Positions 9,781-20,433 of a stretch of 64,000 nt of DNA are shown here, one piece after another. This stretch comes from a bacterium. Lineage in GTDB: Bacteria > SM23-31. The position numbers were made by a program, and so were the translations under genes. Under the pieces are notes generated by a model. The model saw only the letters and a program-made list of their open reading frames with translations, was not told the DNA's origin and did not search any database. The DNA is taken from contig JANQEH010000058.1 in NCBI GenBank assembly GCA_028278455.1, positions 906 through 64,905 of the forward strand. The letters are read 5' to 3'. The first letter of the stretch is position 1, and every line of letters begins with the position of its first letter.

Positions 9781-10941
9781 ATGAAAATATGCGATATTAC
9801 GCAGAGTTATACTCCAAGAAGCGGAGGCATAAAGACCTATCTTCATGAAAAGATTAATTTTATCAACAGGACCGGTGAAGATGAACATATACTTATTATT
9901 CCAGGAGAGGAAGACCGGATTGATCAGAGGGAAAATTCGGTTAGATATACAGTTGAGTCAATACCGATACCTGGCTGTGAGCCTTACAGGTTTATCCTGA
10001 ATCTGAAGAAAGTCCTGTCACTTTTTAATAAGGAAAAGCCGGATATTATTGAATTCGGCAGTGCATACCTCCTGCCATATGCAGGATTTCTCCATAGAAA
10101 AAAATATCCCTGTAAACTCGTTGGGTTTTATCATACAGATTTTCCAAAAGCTTATGTTGAGATACCTCTTAAAAACCATGTGAACAGCACGATCCTGAAA
10201 AAAATGATTTCCTTAACAGAAAACTATGCGAAATTCATCTACAACAGATTTGACATGACTGTTTCCTCCACAACCCGGATTTATGATAAACTCAGAAGGA
10301 TCGGGATCGAGAAGATAAAGAATGTTTCACTGGGCATTGATTCAGAGTTGTTTCATCCGGCTAAAAGGAATGTTGAATTCAGGAACAGTCTAGGAATACA
10401 GAATGGAGACAAGTTGTTGATCTATTCAGGGAGACTGGATAATGAAAAACGGATTGATCTGATTCTAAAAGCCTTTGTGATGATCTCGGATAATCTGAAT
10501 GCCCGGCTGCTTTTTGTGGGTGACGGCCCTTTAAGAGGATTAACGGAAGAATACTGCAGAAAAAATGATAAAATAAAACTTATGCCTTATGAAAATGACC
10601 GAGAAAACCTTGCAATGATGCTTGCATCGTCTGATATTTATATTACTGCAGGGCCATACGAGACTTTCGGGCTGTCAGTTCTTGAAGCCCAGGCCTGCGG
10701 GCTGCCGGTTCTTGGCGTCCGGTCAGGAGCTTTGCTTGAGCGTGTAGACGATACCACGGGAGTTCTCTGCCAGGTGGATTCCGTTATGGATATGGCAATG
10801 AATATATTGAATCTCTCATATAACGGGCATGTTGCAAAAGGTCTAAATGCCCGAAAGCTTGTTGAATCGAATTACTCCTGGGAAAAGACGTTCACCGATC
10901 TGTATTCAATCTACAAGAAATTGCTGAATGAAGAAGAATAA
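9781..10941 (+). CDS. GT4 glycosyltransferase
   Basis: SGGIKTYL, YHTDFP, YSGRLDNEKR, ETFGLSVLEAQACGLPV. Confidence 0.9.
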   Translation: MKICDITQSYTPRSGGIKTYLHEKINFINRTGEDEHILIIPGEEDRIDQRENSVRYTVESIPIPGCEPYRFILNLKKVLSLFNKEKPDIIEFGSAYLLPYAGFLHRKKYPCKLVGFYHTDFPKAYVEIPLKNHVNSTILKKMISLTENYAKFIYNRFDMTVSSTTRIYDKLRRIGIEKIKNVSLGIDSELFHPAKRNVEFRNSLGIQNGDKLLIYSGRLDNEKRIDLILKAFVMISDNLNARLLFVGDGPLRGLTEEYCRKNDKIKLMPYENDRENLAMMLASSDIYITAGPYETFGLSVLEAQACGLPVLGVRSGALLERVDDTTGVLCQVDSVMDMAMNILNLSYNGHVAKGLNARKLVESNYSWEKTFTDLYSIYKKLLNEEE

Positions 10942-11959
10942 AAAATCTATAGACAGGCTTTTTAAATATTTACTGTTTATCATACCGATCGGGATTATCG
11001 GCAATATAGGATTCGGATTCATTTCATCCGGCAAGAATGTTTTGGATATCTTGTCTAATTTCAGCCCGTATATGCTGATTCTCGCTGTCTTTCTCAGCCT
11101 CGTTCCCTGGATCACAAATACAATAAGACTCTTTCTATGGTCTAAATTCTTTGACCTTAATCTGAGTTTCATCGAAGTGTTAAGGATCGTTATCGGTACT
11201 GAACTCGGATCATCTATTAGCCCGACAGCGATCGGAGGAGGATATGTAAAACTGGGTATTCTGATCCAGAAGGGGGTTAAACCGGGAAAAGCGGCATCAT
11301 TGATGAGTCTGAATACATTTGAGGATGGAATTTTCTTTGTGTTTGCGCTTCCGACAGCTCTATTTACTTCGACTATCCTACAATTTTCCACAGTTAGAAA
11401 ACTGTTTTACCAGATAAATTTATCGTTCATTGAATTTCCGCTGATATTTCTTACCTCTGTTCTGTTAATAGGGGCAATTGTGTTTATTATAGTGAAAGGG
11501 AAGCCTGTAAATTTCTCTGAATCAACATTTGTCCAGTCCGTTATAATCAAGTTCAGGCGGGTATACAGTGATTTTATTTCGGTATACAAGGTTATAGCCC
11601 GGAGGGGTAAATCAATATTACTTATCACACTTTCTTTTACGGCAATTCAGTGGATATGCAGGTATTCTGTAATTTCCGCGCTAATTGCATGCTGCAATCT
11701 ACCGATACATCCGGTTACGTTCTTTTTCCTTCAATGGATTGCCTTTACACTTGCAACTTTTGTTCCAACTCCCGGTGGAGCTGTAGGAGCGGAGGCGGCT
11801 TTTTTCTTTCTTCATAAGACGATCATCCCTTTTGATATACTTGGAATTATAACTGTATTATGGAGATTCCTTACATTCTATCTTCTTCTCGGTCTCGGAA
11901 GCCTGATATTCACCTATCTGAATTTCAAGGTACAGCATGTCAAAAATAATTCCGGATAG
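10928..11959 (+). CDS. Lysylphosphatidylglycerol synthase TM / flippase-like protein (UPF0104)
   Basis: Multi-TM; SPTAIGG, PTPGGAVGAE, LWRFLTFY. Confidence 0.85.
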   Translation: MKKNKKSIDRLFKYLLFIIPIGIIGNIGFGFISSGKNVLDILSNFSPYMLILAVFLSLVPWITNTIRLFLWSKFFDLNLSFIEVLRIVIGTELGSSISPTAIGGGYVKLGILIQKGVKPGKAASLMSLNTFEDGIFFVFALPTALFTSTILQFSTVRKLFYQINLSFIEFPLIFLTSVLLIGAIVFIIVKGKPVNFSESTFVQSVIIKFRRVYSDFISVYKVIARRGKSILLITLSFTAIQWICRYSVISALIACCNLPIHPVTFFFLQWIAFTLATFVPTPGGAVGAEAAFFFLHKTIIPFDILGIITVLWRFLTFYLLLGLGSLIFTYLNFKVQHVKNNSG

Positions 11960-12086
11960 ATATCTAATTGCTTTTTTTTAATACTTATTTGATATTAATT
12001 AAGTATATTGAGTTTCTGCTATTTCTAATTATTATTTATATCATCTATCGGAACATAGAGTATCCGGTTATTAATGAAAGTTTGTT

Positions 12087-13568
12087 ATGAAAGTACTGCT
12101 TGTTTATCCGCAATATCCGCACACATTCTGGAGCTTTTCCTATGCATTGAGATTCATAGGCAAGAAAGCAGCGCTGCCGCCAATGGGTCTTCTTACCGTT
12201 GCGTCACTTTTGCCTGAAGAGTGGGAGTTGAAGCTGATCGATCTTAATGTTGCTCCTCTAAAATGTGAAGATATCAAATGGGCCGATATTGTATTTATCG
12301 GTGCGATGAGCGTCCAGAGGGTGTCTGTAAATGCAATAATTAAAAAATGCAGAGAGCTTAACAGGAAGATCGTAGCTGGAGGACCGCTATTCACTTCAGA
12401 AAAGGAGTGTTTTCCTGAAGTTGATCATCTCGTATTGAATGAGGCTGAGCTCACAATGCCTGAATTTATTTCCGATCTGAACAGAGGAGATGCAAAAAGG
12501 ATCTATGAAACATGCAGCTTTGCAGATGTGGCAGATACTCCGATACCCAGATGGGATCTGATAGATTTCAAGAATTATGTAACCATGTGTGTTCAGTATT
12601 CACGAGGTTGCCCTTATGACTGTGAATTCTGCGATATTACGGTTCTCTACGGACGAAAACCGCGTGTAAAATCAGCTGTGAAGATGATCGAGGAGCTTGA
12701 TTTTCTATATAATAAAGGATGGAGGGGGAATATATTCTTTGTCGACGATAACTTTATTGGCAATAAGAGAATGCTAAAAAATGACTTAATGCCCGAGTTG
12801 GTGAAATGGATGAAGAAAAAGAAATTCCCGTTTACATTTCAAACACAGACATCGATAAACCTTGCAGACGATGACAGCCTTCTTAATAACATGATAGAGG
12901 CAGGATTTGAAACGGTTTTTGTTGGGATAGAGACTCCCGATGAGACTAGTCTTCAGGAGTGTGGCAAAAATCATAACGTGGGAAGAGATCTTATTACCAA
13001 TGTTAAAAAGCTCCAGAATTCCGGACTGCAGGTTCAGGGCGGTTTCATTATCGGTTTCGATAACGATAAAAAAGATATTTTTTCCCGGGTAAGCAATTTT
13101 ATAAATGACAGCGGTATAGTAACTTCGATGGTTGGATTATTGAATGCTCTTCCGGGAACTAAACTATACAAGAGACTGAAAGAAGAAAACCGGATATGTG
13201 ATGACACATCCGGGGATAATACTGATTGCTCGATGAATTTCCTGCCCAAGATGGACAGACAGACATTGATAGAAGGTTACCGAAGGCTCATAAAAGAAAT
13301 TTATAAACCCGAGGTATACTACAAAAGGGTTAAAACCTTTCTGAAGAATTACAAATCCGGTAGACGAAAAAAATTCAGGCTGCCGAAAGGATATATTCGA
13401 GCCCTGACGATGTCATTTTATAAACTCGGTTTACGAAAGGGTGTGAGAAGGCATTTCTGGAAGCTCATGTTTTGGACGCTCATAAGAAAACCTAAAATGC
13501 TTCCCCAGGCTATCACGATGGCGATCTACGGTGCAAACTTCATGAAGTATTTCGATATCACGAAATAA
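12087..13568 (+). CDS. B12-binding radical SAM protein with DUF4070 (HpnP-like clade)
   Basis: PPMGLLTVA, SRGCPYDCEFC, FFVDDNFIGN, GGFIIGFDND. Confidence 0.88.
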   Translation: MKVLLVYPQYPHTFWSFSYALRFIGKKAALPPMGLLTVASLLPEEWELKLIDLNVAPLKCEDIKWADIVFIGAMSVQRVSVNAIIKKCRELNRKIVAGGPLFTSEKECFPEVDHLVLNEAELTMPEFISDLNRGDAKRIYETCSFADVADTPIPRWDLIDFKNYVTMCVQYSRGCPYDCEFCDITVLYGRKPRVKSAVKMIEELDFLYNKGWRGNIFFVDDNFIGNKRMLKNDLMPELVKWMKKKKFPFTFQTQTSINLADDDSLLNNMIEAGFETVFVGIETPDETSLQECGKNHNVGRDLITNVKKLQNSGLQVQGGFIIGFDNDKKDIFSRVSNFINDSGIVTSMVGLLNALPGTKLYKRLKEENRICDDTSGDNTDCSMNFLPKMDRQTLIEGYRRLIKEIYKPEVYYKRVKTFLKNYKSGRRKKFRLPKGYIRALTMSFYKLGLRKGVRRHFWKLMFWTLIRKPKMLPQAITMAIYGANFMKYFDITK

Positions 13569-13589
13569 TAACACAATGCTTGATTCATG

Positions 13590-14567
13590 CTATTTATTCA
13601 GCTGGGTAGAAGCGAGCCCCTTTAAAACTTCAGTACTTATCCAGCAAATATCAGATTCAAACGGATCTTCATATCGCTCGAAGAAAAGGTATTTACCATC
13701 AGGTGTCAGCTTAGGAATTGCGTGAACATCGGAATCCGCTGCTTTTATAGTACTCCTCAGACTCACTGCTTTTGTCCATGAACCGTCACTTTTCCTAAAG
13801 CTGATATATAAGTATGAAAGTTCATTTTTTTCATCATAGGCGTCGACAATTATGTAGCTTTCATCAGGTGCAATGGCAGGATGCGCAACATTTTTGAGAT
13901 AGTTTATCTCTTCAGGAAGGTTTCTTGGTTGAGTATACACTTCATTTGCGAATTCTGAGTACATTATTCCGCTTTGAGCGAGCCCTTCGAAATATAGTGT
14001 CCCGGATTTTGCGAAGGACATATAAACCGGTAGATAAAGGCTTACCGGCGGATTCAACAATTCCGCCTCACCCCATCCGTCAGCCCCTCTGGTAACTCTC
14101 CAGTTATTGAAGTTTCCGCTAACTGCTGTTCCTCCTGGCCTTGGCCTCATCGAAGCATAGTACAACCGTTTTCCATCAATCGACAGGCTTGGTGATGTTT
14201 CATTACAGTCGAAAGCGAAACCGGGTGATTGAGGCAAGGAAAGTACACCGTCAGTTACGCTGCAGCACATAATGCGAAATTTCATAGTCGATGGATCAAC
14301 ACGTGTGAAATAGAATTCGGTTCCGTCAGGAGATATTGTGCAGTTGAATTCTTTATATTGATCGGTAGAGACAATACCCGGAGCGAAAACCTCGACATTC
14401 ATACCGGGAGTTACCTGCCCGAGATAAAGACTGTTATCTGAAGATGAACATCCTGAGATAATGGATATTAAATATAATAATAGAACAATTGAGTAAGATG
14501 ACCTGAATGCAGGTCTACTAATAAAAACAGATTCAGAGATTGATCTGAAAAATCCCCTTGTTTTCAT
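13590..14567 (-). CDS. PD40/TolB-like beta-propeller lipoprotein
   Basis: YLGQ..PG...FAPGIVST; SPDG/APDE/TPDGKYLFF repeats; ISGC lipobox-like. Confidence 0.8.
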   Translation of the reverse strand: MKTRGFFRSISESVFISRPAFRSSYSIVLLLYLISIISGCSSSDNSLYLGQVTPGMNVEVFAPGIVSTDQYKEFNCTISPDGTEFYFTRVDPSTMKFRIMCCSVTDGVLSLPQSPGFAFDCNETSPSLSIDGKRLYYASMRPRPGGTAVSGNFNNWRVTRGADGWGEAELLNPPVSLYLPVYMSFAKSGTLYFEGLAQSGIMYSEFANEVYTQPRNLPEEINYLKNVAHPAIAPDESYIIVDAYDEKNELSYLYISFRKSDGSWTKAVSLRSTIKAADSDVHAIPKLTPDGKYLFFERYEDPFESDICWISTEVLKGLASTQLNK

Positions 14568-14606
14568 TTCATTGCTCCTGATTTTCAGGTTTGTAATTAG
14601 AAGAAT

Positions 14607-15500
14607 TTATTTTCTGCTATCTATAAGATTCCTCATTTTTTGAATATGTTCCGGTGTGGTACCGCAGCAACCGCCGATTATCTCGACACCACATTCAATA
14701 AGTTCCGGCATCAGCTCTTCAAAGAAATCCGGTGATTCAGAATAATAAAGTTCTCCCCCCTTTGTTTCGGGGATACCGGCATTTGACTGGATGATCACCG
14801 GTATAGAGGTGGCATTTTTGAATTCCTTTCCGATCTTCACCATCTTTTCAAGGCCGTTCCCGCAGTTGGATCCGACAATATCAGCGCCCGCTCCTGATAA
14901 TCCTTCTACAGCCTGACCGATCGTGGTACCCATAATTGTATAAAAACCACGAGGAGTTTCATCAAATGTCATAGTTGCGATTATAGGTATGTTTATACTG
15001 ATTTCCCGGGCGGCTTTAATTCCAATCGTTATTTCATTCAGGTCTGTAAATGTTTCAAAGCTGAGAAGATCAGCTCCTTCTTCGACAATTATACTGCACT
15101 GCTCAAGGTATCCTTGATAAAGATCATCCGGATCTGCATCCCCGTAAGGTTTAAGGATCTTACCTGATGGACCTACAGAAGCAGAAATGAATGCCTTATT
15201 ACCGACGACTTCCTTTATAATTTTCATACCTGCCCGGTTGATCTCTTCAGTCCTGTCCGATAATCCGAAATCGGATAGTTTCATAGGTGAAGCACCGAAA
15301 ACAAATGCATGGATAATCTCAGCCCCGGCATCGAGATACTGCCTGGCAATATCCCTGATCCAGTCTGGTTTGCTTATGTTCAGCATATCCGGGCAATCAC
15401 CAGGCTGCAAACCTCTCTGGATAAGCATTGAGCCGAATCCGCCTTCCGACAGCAGGATTTTTCTTTCTTTTAATTCCTTCAGAAAGCTGTATTCTTTCAT
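14607..15500 (-). CDS. Homocysteine S-methyltransferase domain protein (stand-alone MetH Hcy-binding module)
   Basis: GSNCG, SNAGIP, GGCCGTTPEHI Zn ligands. Confidence 0.9.
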   Translation of the reverse strand: MKEYSFLKELKERKILLSEGGFGSMLIQRGLQPGDCPDMLNISKPDWIRDIARQYLDAGAEIIHAFVFGASPMKLSDFGLSDRTEEINRAGMKIIKEVVGNKAFISASVGPSGKILKPYGDADPDDLYQGYLEQCSIIVEEGADLLSFETFTDLNEITIGIKAAREISINIPIIATMTFDETPRGFYTIMGTTIGQAVEGLSGAGADIVGSNCGNGLEKMVKIGKEFKNATSIPVIIQSNAGIPETKGGELYYSESPDFFEELMPELIECGVEIIGGCCGTTPEHIQKMRNLIDSRK

Positions 15501-15502
15501 AT

Positions 15503-16141
15503 CTACTTTTTCCCTGTCAATTCCTTAACCAGTTCTACAGCTTTACCCGCATCGAATCCGTAAGCATTTACACCTATCTCATCGGCGAAGTCTTCTGATG
15601 CTGGCGCACCACCTATAATGGTTTTAACTGCGTCCTCGAGTCCGTTCTCCTTAAGGAGTTCAACAACTTTTTTCATAACGGGCATTGTAGTTGTCAGCAG
15701 CGCAGACATTCCAATCACTCCGGCATCTTCGGTTTTTGCCGCTTCAACAAATTTTTCTGCCGGGACATCCTTACCGAGATCGATCACATCAAAACCTGCG
15801 CCTTTCAGCATTATACCAACAAGGTTTTTCCCGAGATCGTGCAGGTCACCGTGAACAGTACCGATAACGACTTTACCCTGTGTAGGAACTTTTTCCTTGA
15901 TGAAAAGCGGTTTCAGGAGGTCCATACCGGCATACATAGCTTTAGCAGCAAGTAAAACTTCCGGCAGGAATATCTCGTGTTTCCTGAACTGTTCTCCGAT
16001 TACGTTCATTCCTGCGATCAGGCCGTTATCAAGGATATCCTGTGCAGGGATATTTTCGTCTATAGCCTGTTTTGTCAATTCGGCTACCTGTTCGTCTTCA
16101 CCCTTTTGCAGTGTAGATGAAATCCGGTCTAATAATTCCAT
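15503..16141 (-). CDS. Corrinoid (B12-binding) methyl-carrier protein
   Basis: FLPEVL cap, GDLHDLGKNLV, SALLTTTM, IIGGAP. Confidence 0.93.
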   Translation of the reverse strand: MELLDRISSTLQKGEDEQVAELTKQAIDENIPAQDILDNGLIAGMNVIGEQFRKHEIFLPEVLLAAKAMYAGMDLLKPLFIKEKVPTQGKVVIGTVHGDLHDLGKNLVGIMLKGAGFDVIDLGKDVPAEKFVEAAKTEDAGVIGMSALLTTTMPVMKKVVELLKENGLEDAVKTIIGGAPASEDFADEIGVNAYGFDAGKAVELVKELTGKK

Positions 16142-16158
16142 AGCATTTATCCTGTAGT

Positions 16159-16905
16159 TTAAATTGTCTGGATCCTTTTCATTCTATCTAAACAAGATTC
16201 GTGTTTACATTCTTTACAGTATTCGAAATTATTGTCAAATATATGTATTTCTTTGTTTCCCCCTACGAGAACACCGGAAACAGATTTCAGGGGCGTCATT
16301 AGATAACTATCGTTAAGAGTTACTCCTATCAGCCCGGGTTTCAGGCGATCGAACAGTTTTTTCTGGCCGCTTATATGCCACCCGCAGTACCCGGGGCTGT
16401 AGCTGAGTACGAATTCACCCGGGTTAAGCTTTTCTTCACTGTCGAGATAATCGCGATAAAACTCCTCAAAGACCTCAGAAGCCTTATCCGCAGCAAGTGA
16501 GGCTACGGCATCCAGCATCGAGCCAAGTGCATAATCTCCCTCATTGAACATCTTCTCAATCCGGGAGCTGACATCTTCTCCCATTGTCAGAACGTAAAGC
16601 GCCAAATGATCAGATTTCGGATATATTCTTTCGAGAATTACATCTCTAATGTTCTTTCCTTCACCAACAAAAGTGTTTTCAAACTGATTCAGGGATACTT
16701 CTTCAATAACACCTTTTGGCTGAGCGGTTCTCCTGAATATGTCGACACCTTCAGCCAGAAGTACTCTTATCCTCTCAGGTACTTCTACACCTTTCGGAAT
16801 ACCCTGATGCAGAAGAACATCCCTGCCGTCAGGATTTATTTCCGCTATCTTAAAATCAATGATCTGCTTCAATTTATAACCTTTCCGGGAGTGTATCCTG
16901 GCCAT
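16159..16905 (-). CDS. MetH-type SAM-binding corrinoid reactivation domain protein
   Basis: YSPGYCGW..SGQ, LMTPLKSVSG, C-terminal CKECKHESC; true start may be TTG 16872. Confidence 0.82.
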   Translation of the reverse strand: MARIHSRKGYKLKQIIDFKIAEINPDGRDVLLHQGIPKGVEVPERIRVLLAEGVDIFRRTAQPKGVIEEVSLNQFENTFVGEGKNIRDVILERIYPKSDHLALYVLTMGEDVSSRIEKMFNEGDYALGSMLDAVASLAADKASEVFEEFYRDYLDSEEKLNPGEFVLSYSPGYCGWHISGQKKLFDRLKPGLIGVTLNDSYLMTPLKSVSGVLVGGNKEIHIFDNNFEYCKECKHESCLDRMKRIQTI

Positions 16906-18331
16906 ATCTCTTTGCTTCTGCCTCCATCAGTTTGACCAGTTCATTCCTAATATCATCGGATATTTCCGACGGAGTATATTCAGAAATAAGCCTTTTCACC
17001 TCATTATTTGCTCTGTCTTCCAGGAACAATGCACCTTCTTCCTGCCATCTCGCCCTGTTTGCCCTGTCGATAACCGTTCCGGGGAAATAATGCTCATCCC
17101 GAAGGTACTTTCTTGAATGCTTTGAAATCAAGAGATGCTGTTCCTGCAGCAGCTCTTCGAAATGCGGCAGTGATGGAAAATCCTCTTTTGGTTCAATTCC
17201 CTGAACAAGCCTTAGTGTCATACCGCAGATCTCGTTATCGACGATCAGCTTCTCGAGGCTCTGGCAGCTTTCGAAATCAAGCATACCCGGCCCTGAGAGG
17301 TTATTTATTCCTGCAAGAGCAGCAAGTGTAGCGCCTATTCCTGTTTCCAGACCTGCCTGTGCATCGAGTTGTTTTGAATCACTCAATGAAATATATGCCT
17401 GAGTAGGAAGCCCGAGATATTTTCCAATCTCGTTATTTGCACAGTCTATCATCATTGTCTCTATAGCCCCCATAGGTGTTGTTTCGTATCGGACATCAAA
17501 AATCGCAGGAGAACCGCCGTACAGCATCGGTGCGCCCGGATTTGTCAACTGGCTTATCACGATTCCGCTTAGAGTCTCAGCGGTATGCTGAATGACTGTC
17601 CCGGTCAGAGTTACAGGAGCCATGAAACCTGATAGCGGCATGGAGATGAATTCGACCGGGATTCCGTATTTTGCGCAGTCGACAACATTCTGCGAGGTAA
17701 CATCACTGAATTTTAAAGGTGAGGTCGGACAGCAGGAAAATATTGCCAAAGGTTTTTCTTTCAAAGCTTTTTCGGAACCCCTGACGGCAAGCTGAAAATC
17801 CTTCATTACCTCGAAAGACTCGATTGTAAAGGTGCCTGTGACAACAGGCTTTTCGCAGTATAGGAGACTCAGGAACATTCTATAACTATCGGATATCTGC
17901 GCTGCAACATCAGATGGTATGAATGCTGTACTCTGGGATGCTATATAGGGAAGCTGATTCAATATTTTCGCATAATCTATATAATCCTGAGTCAGCGGTT
18001 TTCTAAGTTTTTTCGTTTCATGATCGAGGATATTCAGTGCTGCTGATCCCGGGGTAAAGTGGACATTATCTCCTGAGAAATCATGTGTCTGGTTCCCATG
18101 TATATCATATAATTTAAATTCACCCTCAGCCGATTTTAGAGCCTTGTTTATCACCTCTTCGGTGAAATTCACATGCATTTTTCCCATATCGACATTGCAT
18201 CCATGATCGGAGAGCATCTCCAGAACACTTTTATTATGAAGCTCTACACCCAGTTTGCATAAGATCTCAAATGCCTCAGCTAAAATGTCCATTATGAGTT
18301 GTTCAGTGAGAAATTTAACTTTCGGGCGCAT
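16874..18331 (-). CDS. mttB: MttB-superfamily methyltransferase (non-pyrrolysine)
   Basis: SPLKF, APVTLTG...AETLSG, SDSKQLDAQAGLE, GMLD...SLEKLIVDNEI; no in-frame TAG. Confidence 0.88.
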   Translation of the reverse strand: MRPKVKFLTEQLIMDILAEAFEILCKLGVELHNKSVLEMLSDHGCNVDMGKMHVNFTEEVINKALKSAEGEFKLYDIHGNQTHDFSGDNVHFTPGSAALNILDHETKKLRKPLTQDYIDYAKILNQLPYIASQSTAFIPSDVAAQISDSYRMFLSLLYCEKPVVTGTFTIESFEVMKDFQLAVRGSEKALKEKPLAIFSCCPTSPLKFSDVTSQNVVDCAKYGIPVEFISMPLSGFMAPVTLTGTVIQHTAETLSGIVISQLTNPGAPMLYGGSPAIFDVRYETTPMGAIETMMIDCANNEIGKYLGLPTQAYISLSDSKQLDAQAGLETGIGATLAALAGINNLSGPGMLDFESCQSLEKLIVDNEICGMTLRLVQGIEPKEDFPSLPHFEELLQEQHLLISKHSRKYLRDEHYFPGTVIDRANRARWQEEGALFLEDRANNEVKRLISEYTPSEISDDIRNELVKLMEAEAKRYGQDTLPERL

Positions 18332-18662
18332 TGAGATACTCCTTTTGATATATATTATTTCAAAGTCTGATTTACACTATAGAGTTAATGACAGAAAATC
18401 CAAAATAAGAATTAAAAGAGGCAAAATAAAGAAGAAAACGGCAATTAGAAGTTTTAAGGTGAGATCAAATAGAATTCAGCTATGTTTTTGGCATATTTTA
18501 GTTCCATAGTAAAAGCCTTGACGTTTGATAAATTATTTAATATTTTGTTTTATTCAAGCCGCAATTCTTAATTATTGTTCTCTTAACTTACAATTTTTAT
18601 TCTATCTCAAAGAAATACACATTTATTGAAAAGAATGTTTTGTCAATCCGGTAGAGACCAGA

Positions 18663-20408
18663 ATGAGTGAAATAAACAAGGAATCCTATAAAGAGTATCA
18701 ACCTGTTAAAAGTAGATTCTCAGAACTCTGGCTGCATGAGGATTACTGGTCTATCTGGCTCGGATTGATATTACTGATCATAAGTATGGTATTATTCTTT
18801 CCACAGGGCCCGGAAGATTTGGAGGACCGGATCACTGAATCAAATATGATTCTAACATCAGAATCGGATAGAGCGCCATTTAAGACAACAGCGTGGTACA
18901 AGGCTGTTGATACAAAGGAAGGTCTCAAGGCAAGCAGCTCAGAAATTGGAAAAAAGATCAAGAAATTTTTAAATAAACCTCATGGCTGGACAACGGATCC
19001 TTCCAGGATAATGTATCTTGGTGACACAGATGCGGCGGTATTAAGGGAGAGTGCTGCAGATGATCTGGAGGCTGCTGAGGTCAAGGAAAATGAACTGCTG
19101 GCAGCAGCAGTTGCAGCCGAAAACGTTGCTGAGGGAGCAGGATACGGCAATCAGATTCTAAACGATGCCGCGGTAGAAGCAATCGGTGAATGGAGGCTGA
19201 GCAGGCTGGAGACTAACAGCGTACAGAGGAAGGCAGAAATCAAGCCGTACAACCAGACAGGTTATCTAATCATTCTGATGCTCTCCCTCGGTATCTTCTT
19301 TGGAACCGGGATGAAGGTAATGGGGTATTCTTTCAGGAAATTTACAACCGGTTTTATTTTTATATTCATAGTGGCAGTTCTTGCTTACGGTGCAGCAAAC
19401 CAGGCCACAATGAAACAGCTTGGGATCGGATATGCTGCGTGGGCAATACTATTTGGTCTGATTATAAGCAACACTATTGGAACACCGAAATGGGCAAAAA
19501 CAGCAGTACAGACTGAATACTATATAAAAACCGGTCTTGTCCTTCTTGGGGCTGAGATTCTATTCGGAAAGATAATCGCTATCGGGATGCCGGGTATGAT
19601 CGTGGCCTGGGGAGTAACACCGCTTGTGCTCATTTCAGGTTTCATTTTTGGTGAGAAAGTACTGAAAATACCCTCGAAAACACTGAATGTAACTATTTCT
19701 GCGGCATATTCAGTCTGCGGTGTATCGGCGGCAATAGCAACTGCTTCTGCATGCAAGGCAAAAAAGGAAGAACTGACTTTAGCTGTAGGTCTGTCGCTTA
19801 TTTTTACATCACTGATGATGATATTGATGCCGCCATTTATCAAAGTAATGGGTATGGGACAGGTTCTCGGGGGCGCCTGGATGGGAGGAACTATTGATGC
19901 AACAGGAGCTGTTGCAGCAGCCGGCGCTTTTCTGGGAGATAAGGCTCTTTATGTATCTGCCACTATTAAAATGATACAAAATGTCCTTATCGGCATTATC
20001 GCATTTTTTGTGGCGATCTACTGGAGCACCAGGATAGACAGGAACCATGGACAGAAGGTCGGGGCGATTGAGATCTGGCACCGCTTTCCAAAATTCATTC
20101 TCGGATTCGTTTCGGCATCAGTTCTTTTCTCGGTATTATATCAGGTTTTCGGCCCGGATGTCTCCTTCACGCTCATTGATAACGGTGCCATAAAGGGATT
20201 TTCAAGTGTGCTTCGCGGTTGGTTTTTCTGCCTTGCATTTGTAAGTATAGGGCTGGATACAAATTTCCGCGAGTTGAAAACTCATTTCAAGGGCGGCAAG
20301 CCGTTCACTTTATATTTTTTCGGCCAGTCTTTCAACCTGATTCTTACTCTGGTGATGGCATACATTGCATTCTATGTCGTTTTTCCAAATATTCTCGCTA
20401 AAATTTGA
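18663..20408 (+). CDS. YeiH/putative sulfate exporter (PSE) family transporter with long extracytoplasmic insertion
   Basis: EDYWSIWLG, YYIKTGLVLLG, SVCGVSAAIA, GTIDATGAV, RFPKFILGF. Confidence 0.85.
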   Translation: MSEINKESYKEYQPVKSRFSELWLHEDYWSIWLGLILLIISMVLFFPQGPEDLEDRITESNMILTSESDRAPFKTTAWYKAVDTKEGLKASSSEIGKKIKKFLNKPHGWTTDPSRIMYLGDTDAAVLRESAADDLEAAEVKENELLAAAVAAENVAEGAGYGNQILNDAAVEAIGEWRLSRLETNSVQRKAEIKPYNQTGYLIILMLSLGIFFGTGMKVMGYSFRKFTTGFIFIFIVAVLAYGAANQATMKQLGIGYAAWAILFGLIISNTIGTPKWAKTAVQTEYYIKTGLVLLGAEILFGKIIAIGMPGMIVAWGVTPLVLISGFIFGEKVLKIPSKTLNVTISAAYSVCGVSAAIATASACKAKKEELTLAVGLSLIFTSLMMILMPPFIKVMGMGQVLGGAWMGGTIDATGAVAAAGAFLGDKALYVSATIKMIQNVLIGIIAFFVAIYWSTRIDRNHGQKVGAIEIWHRFPKFILGFVSASVLFSVLYQVFGPDVSFTLIDNGAIKGFSSVLRGWFFCLAFVSIGLDTNFRELKTHFKGGKPFTLYFFGQSFNLILTLVMAYIAFYVVFPNILAKI

Positions 20409-20433
20409 TAATTGAATAAATGAGACTGAAAAA

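Noticed and set aside
12087-13568. Calling this hpnP (hopanoid methylase)
   Set aside because: Family resemblance only; no squalene-hopene cyclase or hpn genes nearby
16874-18331. Pyrrolysine-containing trimethylamine methyltransferase
   Set aside because: ORF is uninterrupted with no in-frame TAG, and no pyl genes are in the window
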